Below are positions 59,632-64,000 of a stretch of 64,000 nt of DNA, in pieces. Under the pieces are notes generated by a model. That model searched no databases. It had not been told where the DNA came from and was given only the letters and a program-made list of their open reading frames with translations. A program made the position numbers and the translations under genes. Within the stretch, counting starts at the first letter, position 1, and the number at the start of each line of letters is the position of its first letter. Source of the stretch: a virus (lineage: Duplodnaviria > Caudoviricetes); the IMG/VR virus record IMGVR_UViG_3300044212_000014, positions 1 through 64,000 of that record. The stretch is one strand, 5' to 3'.

Positions 59632-61794
59632 TTGAGTTTTATCCAAAATAACAGTAATCCTTCGCTCGACCAAATAGACACGAGCCTTGTTACTGCGGTA
59701 CAAAGAGACATACAAGACGCAGAGGATTACCAAACTGCGGTAATTCTTCCTACCGTGAAAGAACGGTATGAGATATACTATGCGGATAAAGACTATTACG
59801 CTAGGAAATTCCCTAAACTGTCTAAAGTATCCTCTTTGGTATCCACTGACGTAACAGATACAATCGAATGGGCGTTACCATCTCTTACTAAGGTATTTAC
59901 GCAAGGTGACGAGATTGTTACGGTACAAGGCGTAACAGAAGAAGATGACCGTAACGCTGATGTCATGCAGGAATTGCTGAAATACCAGCTACAGCGCCAG
60001 AATAGGTTCTTCCCAATCCTATATAACTGGATGAAAGATGCTTTGATTACTGGTATGGGCATTATAAAATGCTACTGGGAACGTAAAGAAGACACACAGT
60101 TGATGGAACAGTCCATGAACTTACGCGCTTTCCAGCAGTTATCTCAGTCTGGGGTACAAATCCAGTCCGTTGATGGCCCTGACCAGTTCGGTATATTCAG
60201 AGTACAGTATTATTCCCCATATTACGTAAAAAACGCTCCAATGATAGAGAATATACTGGTATCGGAGTTGCTTTATTCATCAGATGCCAAGACTCTCGAT
60301 GAAGCTAATTTCGTAGCTCACAAGAAGAAAGTTACTATGAGTTACCTTCGCGAACGAGAACAGCAGGGAATTTACGCCAATATAGACCAAATAACTCCCA
60401 AGCCCATTAATTCATTCGTATATGACGACGAAGTTGAAATGGTTATTGGTGATAACTACCAAGGCATGAGCCGTGAGGCTGATGACGCGAGAGCAGAGGT
60501 AGTAATTTACGAATGCTATACAAAGCTCGACTGGAATAACGATGGTGTACTGGAAGACCTGATTGTAACGATTTGTGATGACGTTATCCTTCGGGTAGAG
60601 CCGAATTACATGGGTAGACATCCATTCTTCTCTATCTCACCAACGAAAGACCCTCACCGCATCTGGGTTAAGCGTTCTTACGCCGAACTAATTGGGGAGC
60701 TACAGGACTTAAAAGTAGCCCTGACTCGTCAGATTGTGCAGAATATATCGCTTACAAACGACCCTAAAATGATATTATCGGAAGATTCTATCAATATTAA
60801 GGATTATGTAGACGGTAGGGCAGTTATTCGGAAGAAAGCAAACCAGCCAATGAATGACGTGGCTATGGCTATGCCAGTAAACCAATTAAGCCCGTATACA
60901 TATCAATTCCTTGAATATATCGAAGGCCAGAAGGAAAATCGTACTGGTATTACTCGGTATAACCAAGGTTTAGACGCGAATACCTTGAATAAAACCGCTA
61001 CGGGCATCTCCGCTATCTTAGGACAAAGCTCACAACGGTTAGAGTTAATAGCGAGAATGTTTGCTGAAACTGGATTCTACGAACTATTCCGCTTTTTGAT
61101 TGGTTTAAATCAGCGGTTTATGGATCAGGGAACAGTAATTCGGCTAACAAATAAAGAATTAAAGATAAGTCCTGATGATTTACAGGGTAACTTTGATTTG
61201 ATTGTAAATTCTGGTATCTCAATGGCTAGCAAACAGGAAACACAGCTTACACTACAGACAATGATGACTGCGCTAATGCAGGCAAGAGCATCTGGGCTTC
61301 CTATTTGTACGCCAGAAAACATATACAACTTGTTTAAGAAATGGATTGAATCTGCTGGCCTTAGAAATTATGCGGACTATATCACGGAACCTGCCCTAGT
61401 AGGACAGAGGATGATGATAGAAGAACAGTTAAAGATGCAGGTATTGGCATCACTACCGCCTCAAGCAACGCAAATGTATATGGAAACTGGAGTGTTACCA
61501 CCGCAGGTATTACTACAGTTGCCGCCTGAATTACAAGCGCTGTTCGGTAGCGGTTATCCGACAGACGGAGGAATGAATAGTGGACAAAACGGAGCTGGAA
61601 TACAAAACGGAGTTGGAGTCCCAACAACGCCTAATGCAGGCAATGGAGCTGTCCGACAAAGCAGAAATAACGCTGGAAGTGGCGGACAAATGGTTGGAGG
61701 ACTATCAAGGGTGGATAACAAACAGCCTCAAAACGTGCCAAGACAATCAGGTAATGGGCCTTCGCAACCTTCTAGTGGTGTCGGAGGCTTTTAA
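59632..61794 (+). CDS. Portal protein (P22-like) with a low-complexity C-terminal tail
   Basis: 720 aa; YEIYY, DALITGMG, NPY.GRHPF-like segment, ELIGELQDL, TGITRYNQG, TATGI; downstream of TerL. Confidence 0.85.
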   Translation: MSFIQNNSNPSLDQIDTSLVTAVQRDIQDAEDYQTAVILPTVKERYEIYYADKDYYARKFPKLSKVSSLVSTDVTDTIEWALPSLTKVFTQGDEIVTVQGVTEEDDRNADVMQELLKYQLQRQNRFFPILYNWMKDALITGMGIIKCYWERKEDTQLMEQSMNLRAFQQLSQSGVQIQSVDGPDQFGIFRVQYYSPYYVKNAPMIENILVSELLYSSDAKTLDEANFVAHKKKVTMSYLREREQQGIYANIDQITPKPINSFVYDDEVEMVIGDNYQGMSREADDARAEVVIYECYTKLDWNNDGVLEDLIVTICDDVILRVEPNYMGRHPFFSISPTKDPHRIWVKRSYAELIGELQDLKVALTRQIVQNISLTNDPKMILSEDSINIKDYVDGRAVIRKKANQPMNDVAMAMPVNQLSPYTYQFLEYIEGQKENRTGITRYNQGLDANTLNKTATGISAILGQSSQRLELIARMFAETGFYELFRFLIGLNQRFMDQGTVIRLTNKELKISPDDLQGNFDLIVNSGISMASKQETQLTLQTMMTALMQARASGLPICTPENIYNLFKKWIESAGLRNYADYITEPALVGQRMMIEEQLKMQVLASLPPQATQMYMETGVLPPQVLLQLPPELQALFGSGYPTDGGMNSGQNGAGIQNGVGVPTTPNAGNGAVRQSRNNAGSGGQMVGGLSRVDNKQPQNVPRQSGNGPSQPSSGVGGF

Positions 61795-61909
61795 AACTTG
61801 GCTGAAAGTAAAGATAGATGCAGGAGCTATGGCGGCAAGTGATTTGCAAGAACTACGTGAGGCCGCTAAAGAGCCTAAAGTAACTGACGATTGGTACAAA
61901 AACCTATAA
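61580..61909 (+). CDS. Small helical protein overlapping the portal 3' end
   Basis: GGAGG RBS before MDKTEL. Confidence 0.55.
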   Translation: MDKTELEYKTELESQQRLMQAMELSDKAEITLEVADKWLEDYQGWITNSLKTCQDNQVMGLRNLLVVSEAFKTWLKVKIDAGAMAASDLQELREAAKEPKVTDDWYKNL

Positions 61910-61918
61910 GGAGGTATA

Positions 61919-62923
61919 ATGGCAAGACCAACACAGATTTCGTTTAAAGGCAGTCCAGCCGACCAACAGGCTATGGCATTACAGGCGGCACTTAACGCCC
62001 CTGCGAATGCTACCCCAGCCAAGCAAGTCACAAGCGGCGAAGAACAAAAAAATAACGTCGTTTCTGCGCCAATATCACAAGCGGTACAGAATTATGTGAC
62101 GGGAGATTTAATCAATCGACTGGCTGGTACAAATTTGCAACAATATCTTCCGTCAAGTACGGGAGTGAATGACCCATCTACATTTAGTACACAGGGCCAG
62201 TTTGGGAGTTCTTGGAGTCCTACGGTATATAATCAAGACGCACTTAATACATACGACCAAGGACTACAGCAAGCACAGGATTGGGACGCTAAAAGCTCAC
62301 TAAGTCCCGGATTTAAACAGAGAGTATATCAGACGTTGAACGGCCCGCGCCCTGCGGCACAGTTAACCCAATATGTACCGAATGCGGCTCAACAGGCATC
62401 TACAACGCCTCTGAACGATGGTTCCTCTACGATGAACCCATCAGACCCATCCCAAGCACAACAATGGAATGTGCAAAAGATACAGGCAGACCATCCTGAC
62501 TGGGACGCAAATACGATTCAAAACTTTATGGGACAACAGTATAACTGGAAAGCCTATAACGCCCTTGTAAATGCTGGTTATATTCAGCCTACGCAGGAAT
62601 CACAAAATTGGACTGCGTATCAGCAACAACAGGCTAGACAAGCGGCTATTGCCGCACAACAAGCGCAATATGGTTCATTACCTCAGTATTACCAACCTGA
62701 CACATCTGGTTATGTAGAAGATACTGGTGGATACGTAGATAATAGCCAGCCTGCGCAAGAAGAAACACTAGCCCCGTCGCCAGTACCACAGAAAGATGAC
62801 TCTGGGTATACAATATCAGCTCCTAGCGGAGTATATGAAACACCAGATACATCTTATTATAGCTCGGTAGGGGACGCAGTAAGAGATAAAAACAACTATT
62901 GGAAGAGTCTATTTGGACTCTAA
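61919..62923 (+). CDS. Q/P/A-rich hypothetical virion-module protein
   Basis: AGGAGG RBS; low complexity. Confidence 0.55.
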   Translation: MARPTQISFKGSPADQQAMALQAALNAPANATPAKQVTSGEEQKNNVVSAPISQAVQNYVTGDLINRLAGTNLQQYLPSSTGVNDPSTFSTQGQFGSSWSPTVYNQDALNTYDQGLQQAQDWDAKSSLSPGFKQRVYQTLNGPRPAAQLTQYVPNAAQQASTTPLNDGSSTMNPSDPSQAQQWNVQKIQADHPDWDANTIQNFMGQQYNWKAYNALVNAGYIQPTQESQNWTAYQQQQARQAAIAAQQAQYGSLPQYYQPDTSGYVEDTGGYVDNSQPAQEETLAPSPVPQKDDSGYTISAPSGVYETPDTSYYSSVGDAVRDKNNYWKSLFGL

Positions 62924-62960
62924 TTTTACCAACCCATTGAGGGAGTAAAAGGAGATTAAC

Positions 62961-64000
62961 ATGGATAAAGAACTCAGCTTTGACATTCAGTTATTCGCGG
63001 AAGAACCCGTGGTAACAGAACCTACATCGGGACAACCTGCAACGGAACCCGTTGTAAATACACCTAACGTACCTGCCGAAGCGGTAGTACCCGCGGCAGG
63101 GGGTCAGGAGACAGAAGACTTTGATTGGCAGATTGACCCAGCTACAGGGAAAGTAGTCTTTGACGAACATGCGTTCGACGATAAACCGCAGGAATCAGAG
63201 GTAAGCCCAGCGCAACCGCCTGCCGAAGAAAAACCAGCAGAAGAACCGCCCGAACAAAAGTACACCGTCAAAGTAAATGGGGTCGAACAGGAAGTAACGT
63301 TAAACGAACTCTTAAACGGGTATATGATGCACAGCGATTATTCTCGCAAGACTAAAGAACTTGCCGAGCAACGCCGTCAGTTTCAGGAACAGGCACAGCA
63401 AGCGGCACCCCAGCAACCGCAGGGACAAGCCCAACAGCAGGAACCGCCTAAAGTAGACCCGAAAGAGTACTATAAACAACTCTCTGATTATGCTGTCAAA
63501 CAAGTCGAAGGGAAGTTGGGGGAACAGTTTGATGAATACAATGCAATCCACCAGACAGCTTTAGCTGATGAAATCTCGACAATTAAAGCTCAGGTTTATG
63601 AACGCAATGTAAATCAGCAACGCATTGCCTCTGTTTATCAGCGATATGCGCAAGACCCTAATTTTAGAGAAATTGATAACTATGCCGCACAGCGGTTGCA
63701 AGAATTGCCCTACAAACAAGCCGTTATTATCCAGAATGCGTTACGTAGTAATAACGCAGAGGTAATTGACGGTTATATGGGAGCTGTTCGAGACGAATGG
63801 TATCAAAAACGCGGGTATGTCCCAGCAGGCTCACAGCCAGCTCAGATAGCTCCCACGGTACCTACTCCGGTAGCAACGCCTAAAACGTCTCCGAAACCCC
63901 CATTCGCAGAACCTACTGGCGCACAGCAACAGCCCAAACCAGTAGAACAAACGATTGATTATAAAAAACTTGGAAAATTAACGCTTGAACAACAAGCTCT
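62961..64000 (+). CDS. Capsid scaffolding protein (3'-truncated by the window)
   Basis: AGGAG RBS; acidic Pro-rich N-terminus, KVNG.EQEVTL.ELLNGY...DYSRKT.ELAE.R motif; N-terminal FDIQLFAE. Confidence 0.8.
   Translation, partial: MDKELSFDIQLFAEEPVVTEPTSGQPATEPVVNTPNVPAEAVVPAAGGQETEDFDWQIDPATGKVVFDEHAFDDKPQESEVSPAQPPAEEKPAEEPPEQKYTVKVNGVEQEVTLNELLNGYMMHSDYSRKTKELAEQRRQFQEQAQQAAPQQPQGQAQQQEPPKVDPKEYYKQLSDYAVKQVEGKLGEQFDEYNAIHQTALADEISTIKAQVYERNVNQQRIASVYQRYAQDPNFREIDNYAAQRLQELPYKQAVIIQNALRSNNAEVIDGYMGAVRDEWYQKRGYVPAGSQPAQIAPTVPTPVATPKTSPKPPFAEPTGAQQQPKPVEQTIDYKKLGKLTLEQQA

Noticed and set aside
1-64000. Stop-codon reassignment or suppressor tRNA
   Set aside because: Long genes are intact in the standard code, all three stops terminate genes, and no tRNA has a CTA, TTA or TCA anticodon

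Overview
This is a 64-kb portion of a podovirus-like (P22/T7-type portal, short tail) phage genome. The host is probably a diderm Firmicute (Negativicutes), inferred from three things: sigmaA-type promoters, an L27/Prp-type cleavage motif on the scaffold protein, and a spanin-like gene pair. Layout from left to right: tail and ejection genes (1-13.5 kb); lysis (13.5-15.3 kb); tRNA-Leu, an 84-nt tmRNA tRNA-like domain with no mRNA domain, and a structured intergenic tract (15.7-16.3 kb); replication, recombination and nucleotide metabolism (16.4-40.5 kb), which includes a 7.77-kb tandem duplication; a minus-strand early region (40.5-55.9 kb); a probable genome-end region; TerL; a 7-tRNA cluster; a RemA-like gene; portal; and a partial scaffold gene. 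The strongest unannotated signal is three complete type II hammerhead ribozymes on the early-transcript strand. They are interleaved with a cascade of consensus sigmaA promoters, and two sit directly on or next to ribosome-binding sites, which suggests a ribozyme-based processing and insulation system for early RNA. Other notable items are the mini-tmRNA, compensated 19:56 elbow swaps in two tRNAs, an array of eight Cys-motif small proteins, an amidoligase plus glutamine amidotransferase pair, candidate SAM lyase and Tad2-like anti-defence genes, and a 48-bp piece of the portal gene inserted in frame into an early gene. All calls come from reading the sequence by eye; no database searches or folding programs were run.
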